This document shows positions 9,413 to 17,186 of a DNA stretch of 35,056 bases, one piece after another. Source of the stretch: a virus. Taxonomy: Duplodnaviria > Heunggongvirae > Uroviricota > Caudoviricetes. The stretch's first letter is position 1. Every line of letters starts with the position of its first letter. The translations under genes were made by a program, and so were the position numbers. The stretch is taken from IMG/VR virus record IMGVR_UViG_2734482782_000004. One strand, written 5' to 3'. The notes below the pieces were generated by a model. That model was not told the DNA's origin. It worked only from the letters and a program-made list of their open reading frames with translations, and did no database searches.

Positions 9413-9516
9413 CTCGGACCTTGAGTAATTAGTGCAGACACAATAAGCATATTGTTTTCGAGTGCACGACGAACGTAGTTTTCGATACTTTGAGTATTAT
9501 AGCTTCAACTTTTTAC

Positions 9517-10302
9517 TTACATCAAAAATAACTTACAATATTTGTAAGTTGCTTTGTGTACGAAAATGCTTGCGTCAACTCTTGACATCGGATTTTTTAA
9601 TATCCCTCCGGAACTTCCCTTTCCATGTCTCGCAAGATACCCTAACAGTTCAAAGCTATTAGCAGTGCCCGTGAATCTGCTGATTTCCTTTTCATCAATA
9701 TTAAAAGCCATGCTAATTACTTTATCTCTCTGATATTTCTTGCCTTTATAAGTGTCGGGAAAATTTAGTATACCTTTCACATATTTATCATATACATATT
9801 CTCTAATTGTTTCCCACAAACGATAAAGATTAACCCAATCATCACCTAAGGCACACATACCTAAAACAACACGTAAGGATTCATGTTTAGATGATAAATT
9901 AATTAATCGTGAAAAATTATCAGCGCGAGGGTGTGGTTGCTGTATGTCATGGAAATTAAAGGGGTTTACCTGAGTTACATCCATTGATTTAAAGCCGCAT
10001 ATTTCCGAGTAATTAATGCCTTCACTTCCAGAAATAGAAAGAGGACCAAAAGATTGATATCTTTCAAAACCATAAAGAACGCTAAGTGCGCCGTTCATGA
10101 GCATCAACAAACCTTTTAACTTGGAAGCCAATTCATTTGGGTCGGATATGATATTCAAATGAGGAGATGAAAGTAAATGAATATCTGTTTGCCCTAAATC
10201 AGAGTCAGAATCATCATTTATAGAGAAATCATTCGACCAAACTCCACATAATCTTTTAACAAATCCTGTAGATGGAGTAAGTAAAAAACTATAATCGTAC
10301 AT
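9517..10302 (-). CDS. Hypothetical cargo protein, 261 aa, no recognisable motif
   Basis: Long ORF in strongly AT-rich DNA, where chance ORFs of this length are unlikely; ATG at 10300..10302 preceded by GAGGGA about 8 nt upstream; convergent with the HNH-like gene. Confidence 0.55.
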   Translation of the reverse strand: MYDYSFLLTPSTGFVKRLCGVWSNDFSINDDSDSDLGQTDIHLLSSPHLNIISDPNELASKLKGLLMLMNGALSVLYGFERYQSFGPLSISGSEGINYSEICGFKSMDVTQVNPFNFHDIQQPHPRADNFSRLINLSSKHESLRVVLGMCALGDDWVNLYRLWETIREYVYDKYVKGILNFPDTYKGKKYQRDKVISMAFNIDEKEISRFTGTANSFELLGYLARHGKGSSGGILKNPMSRVDASIFVHKATYKYCKLFLM

Positions 10303-10456
10303 AACTCAAATCCCTCTTTTTTATATCCTAAATGGAATACAAAAATTATTGTTTATTTGTTATGTTCAATATACTCACATAACCGAAAACTTTAACACGC
10401 TCATTCTAAGTGAACTAAATCTAAAGATATACCTTTGAAAACTGAAAACTCAATGC

Positions 10457-10487
10457 TGGCAACGTCCGCTCCTGGCACAAAGCGAAC
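10457..10487. repeat. 31-bp imperfect direct repeat, copy A (27/31 identical to copy B)
   Basis: tggcaacgtccgctcctggcacaaagcgaac here versus tggcaatgtctgctcctggcacagagcggac at 11820..11850. Confidence 0.7.
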
Positions 10488-10551
10488 ATTCCTTGACGTC
10501 CTGTCAGGGAAACCCACCTGGACGTTCAGGTGATTCTGTCGATTATAGTCA

Positions 10552-10577
10552 TAAAAAAGCCGCCCCGGAGGGACGGC
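10552..10577 (-). terminator. Strong rho-independent terminator of the 227-aa membrane-protein gene
   Basis: Minus-strand GC-rich hairpin gccgtccc-tcc-ggggcggc followed by TTTTTTAT, about 80 nt downstream of the stop at 10657. Confidence 0.7.
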
Positions 10578-10656
10578 TATAAACTCGCCAGTTAACAAGC
10601 TGATTTTACCGCTTACGCGGTTCTGTCGTTGCGGTGTTCGCTGACCCACTGCGCCT

Positions 10657-11340
10657 TTACAGTTTATCGCTTATGAATCCATGAGCCTTAAATGTCCTGA
10701 CAAAATCCTCATAGCGCGCAATCATCCCCCCCGATGTTTCACGCACATTTTGCTGATGAAAGCGGAAGTTTGCCTCCGATTCAACACTCTTACTCTTCCA
10801 GTCATGGGGAAGGCTTAGCATCACTGGCTTTCTGTTCGGGTAATCAACACTCATAAATGGTAGCGTACTATCTACGTATGCGGTCATAGCGTCCAAAAAA
10901 GCGTCTTTCGCACCATTCACTTCAGTATTGAATAACCGATACTTTTCACCGCTAAATTTTTCAGCTTTTTCAATGTTTAAGCAAACATCTTGCCGTATAC
11001 CGCTCAGGTAGCTCTGCTCAACCCATTGAGTAGTATCCTCATAAGGCAGCAATTCAAGGATCTGGTCGATTATCTTCAGATCATGTTCATCTTGCTTTTT
11101 TTTTACAGGGTCCTCAGTAGATTCATTGGATGTGTGGTAAACGTTGGTGGTCTGATTAATATCCCGCCCGGCCTGGTTCACATCACCCTCGGTTTTCTTT
11201 GCCTTCTGTTTTATGTTGTTTTGCTGTCTGATTCTATATGTAACACCGCCCCCAATACCAAACAGTGCCAGTACGCCGACTAATAAGCTAAGATAGGTAG
11301 CTGCGTCTGCACCAAAATGTGCATTAAGCCATTCAGTCAT
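10657..11340 (-). CDS. Cargo membrane-anchored protein, 227 aa (N-terminal TM helix, then soluble domain); candidate single-gene defence or abortive-infection effector
   Basis: ORF with hydrophobic segment AATYLSLLVGVLALFGIGGGV at residues about 12-33; own extended -10 promoter and own terminator; AAGGA ribosome-binding site. Confidence 0.6.
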   Translation of the reverse strand: MTEWLNAHFGADAATYLSLLVGVLALFGIGGGVTYRIRQQNNIKQKAKKTEGDVNQAGRDINQTTNVYHTSNESTEDPVKKKQDEHDLKIIDQILELLPYEDTTQWVEQSYLSGIRQDVCLNIEKAEKFSGEKYRLFNTEVNGAKDAFLDAMTAYVDSTLPFMSVDYPNRKPVMLSLPHDWKSKSVESEANFRFHQQNVRETSGGMIARYEDFVRTFKAHGFISDKL

Positions 11341-11370
11341 TTGAACTATGTCCTTACAGTGTGAGTAAAG

Positions 11371-11400
11371 ATTATAATAACAGAGCTAACTTGCGCAGAA
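11371..11400 (-). promoter_or_regulatory. Candidate extended -10 sigma70 promoter of the 227-aa gene
   Basis: Minus-strand reads ttctgcgcaagttagctctgTtattataat: TGnTATTAT / TATAAT element with a weak -35; lies immediately downstream of the terminator at 11403..11433. Confidence 0.45.
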
Positions 11401-11402
11401 AC

Positions 11403-11433
11403 GAAAAAAGGCAGGGGAGGTAACCCCCCTGCC
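11403..11433 (-). terminator. Rho-independent terminator, probable end of the tail-fibre late transcript
   Basis: Minus-strand hairpin ggcagggg-(loop)-cccctgcc (11410..11433) followed by TTTTTTCGTTT. Confidence 0.65.
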
Positions 11434-11819
11434 TTTAATCAAGTTCCTCCATCCCTTACGGGCGTCCGGTCAGTTGCTTGATGGCAACCAGACCAGCTAG
11501 CATTATTTGCATCACCAGTAAGACTGTTGTTAGCGTTATCACTTCGACGTCTCCTCTTCCAGGAGAGCGCCACACGTAGTAAGTGCTTTTGGTTCTACCC
11601 GCCCCCCTCACTCCGCATCCATTAGTTAGCAGGTACAAGCAGCACTCTTTCGTGTGGTAAGCCAACAGGACAGCACTGGACTGACGCCTTGAGCTTTAAT
11701 ATTTCCTTCCGATCCATACAACTAGGTCTGTTAAAAGCCCCTAGGACGAATTCTACAGAGATGGCTATGGTGCAGGTTTCGGCTATAGGGCTCTTTGATG
11801 TAATCGAGGGTCATAACGT

Positions 11820-11850
11820 TGGCAATGTCTGCTCCTGGCACAGAGCGGAC
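11820..11850. repeat. 31-bp imperfect direct repeat, copy B, just 3' of gene G
   Basis: See copy A; copy B overlaps the left arm of a 10-bp-stem hairpin (11836..11877, tggcacagag / ctctgtgcca) lying 22 nt downstream of the G stop. Confidence 0.7.
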
Positions 11851-11899
11851 TGTCAGATTAGGCTTTACTCTGTGCCATAGATATGTAAGCTAATACAAC

Positions 11900-12427
11900 T
11901 TATTGCGGCATTTCCGGCCATTCAGGATTTGCAGGATCCACACGACTGATCAGAACGCTGTAGCGTTCCCATGATTCCAGTCGGCTACGCTCCTCATCTG
12001 TTGCCATGTTCAGTCTGACCGCGCGCTCCAGCGGCAAAATCACGGATTCAGCATCTGCAAGAAGTCTGGCTTTCCGAATTTCTGCCTGCTGCTGTAATTC
12101 CTCTGCCGTATAAATGCGTTTAATCACTTTGCCGTCCTTAAACATCCAGTTCCCTGAAATGTCCGCCCGTCGGTTAGCAGTAATATCCGCCACTTCAACA
12201 ACACTTAATCCATCCGGTCTGATAGCTGTCACATCCTTTTCCACATAGTGGATGATATTATCTTTGTCGTACGCTATTTTTATCGTGTCATCAGCAAAAT
12301 ACTTTTGTTCTTCGTACCAGTTCTTACCATCTTCTGAAAAAAACCAGACAACATCAAAGTCCTTTGTCAATTGATATTGTTCAACCGTTTTTGGATTACC
12401 CGCCGTAATATTTTTTAAATGCTGCAT
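11900..12427 (-). CDS. G: Tail fibre assembly chaperone gpG
   Basis: 175-aa ORF immediately downstream of H, P2 G length. Confidence 0.8.
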   Translation of the reverse strand: MQHLKNITAGNPKTVEQYQLTKDFDVVWFFSEDGKNWYEEQKYFADDTIKIAYDKDNIIHYVEKDVTAIRPDGLSVVEVADITANRRADISGNWMFKDGKVIKRIYTAEELQQQAEIRKARLLADAESVILPLERAVRLNMATDEERSRLESWERYSVLISRVDPANPEWPEMPQ

Positions 12428-12430
12428 AAA

Positions 12431-14680
12431 TTATACCTGCGCCACGTTATACCATGTCCCGTTAATGTATTTCTGCACCGGTCTGTAATATACGCCACCA
12501 ATGTTATCGGCAGAGTTTGAGCCGGTATCCTGAACAATAATGCCGGTATATACGCAACCTGACGGAGCCTGATGCGTCCATGTAGTACCATTATTTGCTG
12601 GTTTATATGTAGATGCACCGCCCAGCCGCATGTCTCTCACATAACGTGAATCTGACTCAGTTTTGGTGTATGCACCAACATCTCCCGCTGAGGGTTTATG
12701 AGCAGTTGTATATAGTTGCGCCCATCCAGACCAGTTAGCATCTGTGGTATCTCTTCGGGAACGAATATATGCCGGAGCATGAGCACCGCTGGTTCCACTC
12801 CAGCCAATAAGTAACTCACCCTCTCCTACTGCGGTTACGCCAGTGAGATGAAGCACATTACCATAGGCTGTTGGGTAGCCATTGTTGTATGCCTCATACA
12901 TCTGAATACCTGGTGTCCCCTTTACGCTCCCACCTAATGCATTAACACGGTTTCTGGATACCAGTGTATTAATATTTATATCGGCAGAGCCATCAAATCT
13001 GACACCATTAATATTTCTTGCGTTCGCTAACTTCGTTGCTGTTGCAGCATTTCCTGAAAGGCTGGAAATAAATGGATGTGAACAGTAATAACCACGTCCA
13101 TTTTTAAAATCCAGAATAGCCTGTGCGTTCGTGCTTTCTGTAGCGGGATTAGTTGCCCCCCACTTATATGTCGTTTGACCGACGACATAATCCTCTGTCG
13201 GAACAATAACCGTTAGCCCTTCCTCTGCAAGAATTTGTACAGGGAAAGCTCTGGCTTCAACATAAAAAACACTACATACATCATCATCTTTCAGGCTTGT
13301 AACAATGGAATGGATTGAACGCTCATTAGTCTGATACGTCCAGAAATAACCTGCCGCATATGAACCACGATCAGTCCAGCCTCCGGGCATAACCATGCCA
13401 TTAAACTCGCAGTTATTCATTACATAATCGCCGTTATAACAACCAGTGGAAATAACAACGCGGGATGCCATTTCTCCTGAAAGGCTGGCAGCACGGCGAA
13501 AGATAACGGGGTACCACTTCCCGGCAACGACATTTGCAGGGGCTGCAAACGAATACTTTCGCATTCCCTTTTTCTTATCCACTTCACCTTTGCTGTAAAC
13601 ATTAATGTTACTCAGGAAGCGTTCTTTATCAGGGATATCCGCACCGTTTTGATCTTTCTGAAGACGTTTTTCAGCATTGTCATAGGCAGACTTCACCGCC
13701 TTTGGCGTTGCAGCCTGCGTTTCAGAATCACTGTTGGTGGCGCTACTGAGCTGGACAAGACCTTTTCGCGCCGTGGTGGCATCCTGTGCAGTGTATTTCC
13801 CGTTAGCAAGGTCATATGCTGTCTTAACCGCCTTTGGCGTTGCCGCAAGCGTTTCAGAATCGCTGTTGGTGGCGCTACTGAGCTGAACAAGGCCTTTTCG
13901 CGCTGTTGTGGCATCCTGTGCAGTGTATTTCCCGTTAGCAAGGTCATATGCTGCCTTTACCGCTTTCGGCGTTGCGGCGAGCGTTTCAGACGTGCTGTTA
14001 GTCGCACTACTGAGCTGAACAAGGCCTTTTCGCGCGGTGGTAGCGTCCTGTGCGGTATATTTCCCGTTAGCAAGGTCATATGCGGCCTTAACCGCTTTCG
14101 GAGTTGCAGCCAGTGTTTCAGACGTGCTGTTGGTCGCACTGCTTAACTGAGTAAAACCTTTTGCGGTCAGCGAGGCGTCAGGGTGACGTCGTGACTGTTC
14201 ATGTTCTGCAATTTTGTCATCAACGTAATCCTGCGTTGCCATCACCGTTGTGGTGTCAATGGTCAGCTCCACTGAGGCCACACTGCTGACGATGATGACC
14301 ATGCGGCAGGTCTGCGAACGCCCTGAGCCTTCGGCAAGGGCTGGCTTATAACTTTCGGCCATGTTCGCCACGGCAATTAGCGTTCCCGCATCATCGTACA
14401 GGCCAAGTTCACGCATCCAGAAACCACCCACCTCCGGCGGAATAACCAGCTCTGCGATAATATAATTACTGTTTCGTTTGTCCTGGCTGATTTTGTTCAG
14501 CGCATGTCGCCAGACTTCATGGATAAGCCCGGTCTGTCCGGCATCCGGGACAGGCAATTTACCACCGCCATCCCCGACGGCCATCGTGGTAATGTTGACC
14601 TTCCGCCCTCCCGGTGCGGTTGCCGCTGCCAGCTTTGCTGCACCGGCAGTGGTGATAACGGTTTTGAATTTTGTGCTCAT
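12431..14680 (-). CDS. H: Tail fibre protein gpH, with an expanded internal tandem repeat
   Basis: 749-aa ORF; N-terminus MSTKFKTVITTAGAAKLAAATAPGG is P2 H-like; contains about 3.8 tandem copies of a 44-aa unit (LSSATNSTSETLAATPKAVKAAYDLANGKYTAQDATTARKG); longer than P2 H (669 aa by memory). Confidence 0.85.
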   Translation of the reverse strand: MSTKFKTVITTAGAAKLAAATAPGGRKVNITTMAVGDGGGKLPVPDAGQTGLIHEVWRHALNKISQDKRNSNYIIAELVIPPEVGGFWMRELGLYDDAGTLIAVANMAESYKPALAEGSGRSQTCRMVIIVSSVASVELTIDTTTVMATQDYVDDKIAEHEQSRRHPDASLTAKGFTQLSSATNSTSETLAATPKAVKAAYDLANGKYTAQDATTARKGLVQLSSATNSTSETLAATPKAVKAAYDLANGKYTAQDATTARKGLVQLSSATNSDSETLAATPKAVKTAYDLANGKYTAQDATTARKGLVQLSSATNSDSETQAATPKAVKSAYDNAEKRLQKDQNGADIPDKERFLSNINVYSKGEVDKKKGMRKYSFAAPANVVAGKWYPVIFRRAASLSGEMASRVVISTGCYNGDYVMNNCEFNGMVMPGGWTDRGSYAAGYFWTYQTNERSIHSIVTSLKDDDVCSVFYVEARAFPVQILAEEGLTVIVPTEDYVVGQTTYKWGATNPATESTNAQAILDFKNGRGYYCSHPFISSLSGNAATATKLANARNINGVRFDGSADININTLVSRNRVNALGGSVKGTPGIQMYEAYNNGYPTAYGNVLHLTGVTAVGEGELLIGWSGTSGAHAPAYIRSRRDTTDANWSGWAQLYTTAHKPSAGDVGAYTKTESDSRYVRDMRLGGASTYKPANNGTTWTHQAPSGCVYTGIIVQDTGSNSADNIGGVYYRPVQKYINGTWYNVAQV
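13664..14161. repeat. Tandem 132-bp repeats (about 3.8 copies) inside the tail fibre gene
   Basis: Direct inspection: the block gcgctactgagctg(g/a)acaag(a/g)ccttttcgcgc... recurs with a 132-bp period; it also creates an artefactual Cys/Arg-rich antisense ORF. Confidence 0.8.
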
Positions 14681-14690
14681 TATTCCTCAC

Positions 14691-15221
14691 TTATCCGGGG
14701 TAAACCGTAATTACATCGCCGTCGTAAGCCACACCACCGGCGAACAGGTAGCCGGGAATATCCCGGGTAATGTTCAGGCCAATAAGATGACGGCTTGCAG
14801 GTTTAGCATCAGCAATAAGCCGTTCCATTTCCTGATACATTGCCTCTGTGATGCCGCTTTCCAGTACGCCAATATCAAGCCGGAAGGTGCCTGGCGGGTC
14901 ACTGGTTTCCCACCACTCCGTCACGTTGATGAGATAGCCCAGCGGCTCCACCACACGCCGGATTGCACCTATAGTGCCTTTATGACAGTGGATGAAATAG
15001 GCATCGCGAATAACGGCGCGTTTGGTCGCTTCCGGCCACTTTTCATCCCACCTGTCGACCGAAAACGCCCACGCCAGCCACGGCAGCAGATTTGCCGGAC
15101 AGGTATCCGGGTTCCACAGCTCACGAATACTGACCGGCGTTTTTTCAATTTCCGCACAGGCTTTTGCGGCAGCAATTTCAAGCGGTGATGAGCCGGTCGG
15201 CAGCAGGCGCGAATCACTCAT
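14691..15221 (-). CDS. I: Baseplate protein gpI
   Basis: 176-aa ORF, P2 I length and position. Confidence 0.8.
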   Translation of the reverse strand: MSDSRLLPTGSSPLEIAAAKACAEIEKTPVSIRELWNPDTCPANLLPWLAWAFSVDRWDEKWPEATKRAVIRDAYFIHCHKGTIGAIRRVVEPLGYLINVTEWWETSDPPGTFRLDIGVLESGITEAMYQEMERLIADAKPASRHLIGLNITRDIPGYLFAGGVAYDGDVITVYPG

Positions 15222-16122
15222 CCGAGCCTCCGGTCACGACGCGGTATTCGGTACAGAAAGACGCCTGCGTGCTGTTAAGCACGATATCGGCCAGCGGTGC
15301 AGCCAGTTCGACACGCTGCACGCCTTCCACATGCAAAGCGGCATAAATGGCAGACAGACGGATGTCGCGCCCCAGCCGGTGCTGTGCCGTGATGTACGCT
15401 TCCAGTTTTTTCACGGCGGCAGCGCGGATGGGTTCGCTTTCGGGACCAGGGTAAAGGTAAAGCGTGGCGTTTATCTGGTATTCAACGATGGCGGCAGACT
15501 GCACGGTCACGCGGTCGGCCACCGGCCTGACGTCCTCGCCATTAAGGGCGTTACGCACCACCGCCAGCAGGTCTTCGGATGCGACACCGTTATTTTCACG
15601 TGACAGCACAGAGATGGTGACGCAGGCCGGAGAAGGACTGGTGACAGAGATATCTGCGACACGCCCGTCGGCACTTCGACCATGATACTGATAGGCCCCC
15701 ACCGACCCGGCGACGCTTAAACCTTCAAACGCCTGCTGAATACGCAGACGATAATCGGTGTCAGATTCCATCACGGCCGGTGTCGGCGGGAGGGTCGAAT
15801 CATCTGCCGGGGTGATAATCAGGCGCGTGGTGTTGTAATTGGCACCAATCACATCAAGGTCATTACCGGCAGCACAGGCCAGCATCACCGCCCGTGCGGC
15901 CTCATTCACACGCTGACGCCAGATAAGCTCACGATAAGCATTTTCCTCCAGCAGTTTGACGAGAGGTTCGGATTCCAGCGTCAGGGTACGGGCGACCGCC
16001 TCCTGCTGGTCTTCCGGGTAAAGGGAAATCAGTGTCGCCTTGCGTTCGGCAAGAATGGTTTCAAAGTCCAGCTCCTCGACCACATCCGGTGCAGGTAGCT
16101 GGTTCAGGTCGATAATCGGCAT
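15214..16122 (-). CDS. J: Baseplate protein gpJ
   Basis: 302-aa ORF, P2 J length and position. Confidence 0.8.
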   Translation of the reverse strand: MPIIDLNQLPAPDVVEELDFETILAERKATLISLYPEDQQEAVARTLTLESEPLVKLLEENAYRELIWRQRVNEAARAVMLACAAGNDLDVIGANYNTTRLIITPADDSTLPPTPAVMESDTDYRLRIQQAFEGLSVAGSVGAYQYHGRSADGRVADISVTSPSPACVTISVLSRENNGVASEDLLAVVRNALNGEDVRPVADRVTVQSAAIVEYQINATLYLYPGPESEPIRAAAVKKLEAYITAQHRLGRDIRLSAIYAALHVEGVQRVELAAPLADIVLNSTQASFCTEYRVVTGGSDE

Positions 16123-16126
16123 GGTT

Positions 16127-16474
16127 TCAACTCACAGGGATGGTTAACGAAAGTGGCTGGCCGGTGTCGTTGTGCTGGCCGGTTAACGTGACCGTCATTC
16201 GCCCGTCAAAACTGCGCTCAGTGGTGACGGATGACAGGGTGACGCGGGGTTCCCATTTCAGTACCGCCATGTAACAGGCGACCTTAATCTGCAACTCAAG
16301 CGCCGGGGTCTGCGGCTGGTCAATCATTGACGCCAGCAACGAGCCGTAATCACGACGCATCACCCGTGAGCCGACCGGTGTGCGCAGGATATCGCCGATA
16401 CTCTGGCTGATATGCTCAAGGTCAGTGACCGTCAGGCCATCACTGCGATTCATTCCGAGATAACGCGCTGTCAT
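16127..16474 (-). CDS. W: Baseplate protein gpW
   Basis: 115-aa ORF, P2 W length and position. Confidence 0.8.
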   Translation of the reverse strand: MTARYLGMNRSDGLTVTDLEHISQSIGDILRTPVGSRVMRRDYGSLLASMIDQPQTPALELQIKVACYMAVLKWEPRVTLSSVTTERSFDGRMTVTLTGQHNDTGQPLSLTIPVS

Positions 16475-17100
16475 AGAGGACTCCCGGTTTTGCCGCCGCT
16501 GTCGCCGGGGTGTTTATGGGTATGCAGTACCTTCCCGTTTGATGAAAGTTCACCGCCGGTGTGTTCAATGTTGCCGCGCATCGTCCCGCCCTTCTGCACT
16601 TCCAGCGTGCCGGTAATCAGCTTGTTGGTGCAGACCACCTCCGGTGTGTCCAGGGTGACGCGGGTTGATGCTTTCACCATGACCACCGGCACCGTGGCAG
16701 TAACAGAATCAGAAGCCGTCACGCTGGCCGTTTTAATTCCGCTTACCGTGAGTGCACTGGTTTCAGGTTCATACTCAATCACCGCCCCGTCAGGGAAACG
16801 GATATGCAGGGCATCCGCCGACGCCGACGGCGCGGGGTTATCGCCGGAATAAATCCCCGGCAGAACAAACGCCGTGTCAAGTTCACCGCCCACGGCCAGA
16901 ATCAGCACCTGTTCCCCCACGGAAGGTGCCCACCATGTGCGCGAACGACCGGCGCGATGGGTCAGCCACTGAAGCCAGTCGGTGCACATGCCGCCGGTCT
17001 GCACACGGCAGCGACCGGCATTAAGGTCGGTTTCGACGATAATGCCAGTGCGAATCATATTGCGTATAAAGCGAAGAATTTCATTGTATTGTGCATTCAT
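16471..17100 (-). CDS. V: Baseplate spike protein gpV
   Basis: 209-aa product from the internal ATG (MNAQYNEILRFIRNMIRTGIIVETDLNAGR...); the longer track ORF begins at an upstream alternative start inside cargo DNA. Confidence 0.8.
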   Translation of the reverse strand: MNAQYNEILRFIRNMIRTGIIVETDLNAGRCRVQTGGMCTDWLQWLTHRAGRSRTWWAPSVGEQVLILAVGGELDTAFVLPGIYSGDNPAPSASADALHIRFPDGAVIEYEPETSALTVSGIKTASVTASDSVTATVPVVMVKASTRVTLDTPEVVCTNKLITGTLEVQKGGTMRGNIEHTGGELSSNGKVLHTHKHPGDSGGKTGSPL

Positions 17101-17186
17101 TCGATAATAATGATTCTGTACAATCTCGAAGTAAATCACACCACGATTTCTGGTGCACAGAACAACAAGGGACAACAAAATCCATT

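Noticed and set aside
10401-10649. 82-aa minus-strand ORF between the 227-aa gene and the 261-aa gene
   Set aside because: It would have to be translated through the strong terminator hairpin (10552..10577) and across the 31-bp repeat copy, and it starts immediately after the stop of the upstream gene with no ribosome-binding site; more likely non-coding or a degraded remnant.
8238-11899. Retron (reverse transcriptase plus msr/msd) in the P2 hotspot
   Set aside because: Retrons are known cargo of P2/P4-type elements, but no ORF here has reverse-transcriptase size or a YxDD-type motif, and the inverted repeats found do not have the typical msr/msd arrangement.
13649-14146. 165-aa Cys/Arg-rich repetitive ORF on the plus strand
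   Set aside because: It is the antisense reading of the 132-bp tandem repeats inside tail fibre gene H; its repetitiveness mirrors the H repeats.
17091-17186. Upstream GTG start (17091) for the S-V cargo membrane protein, giving 389 aa
   Set aside because: It would overlap the start of gpV on the opposite strand and place the start inside backbone sequence; the ATG at 17187 follows the only ribosome-binding-like motif.
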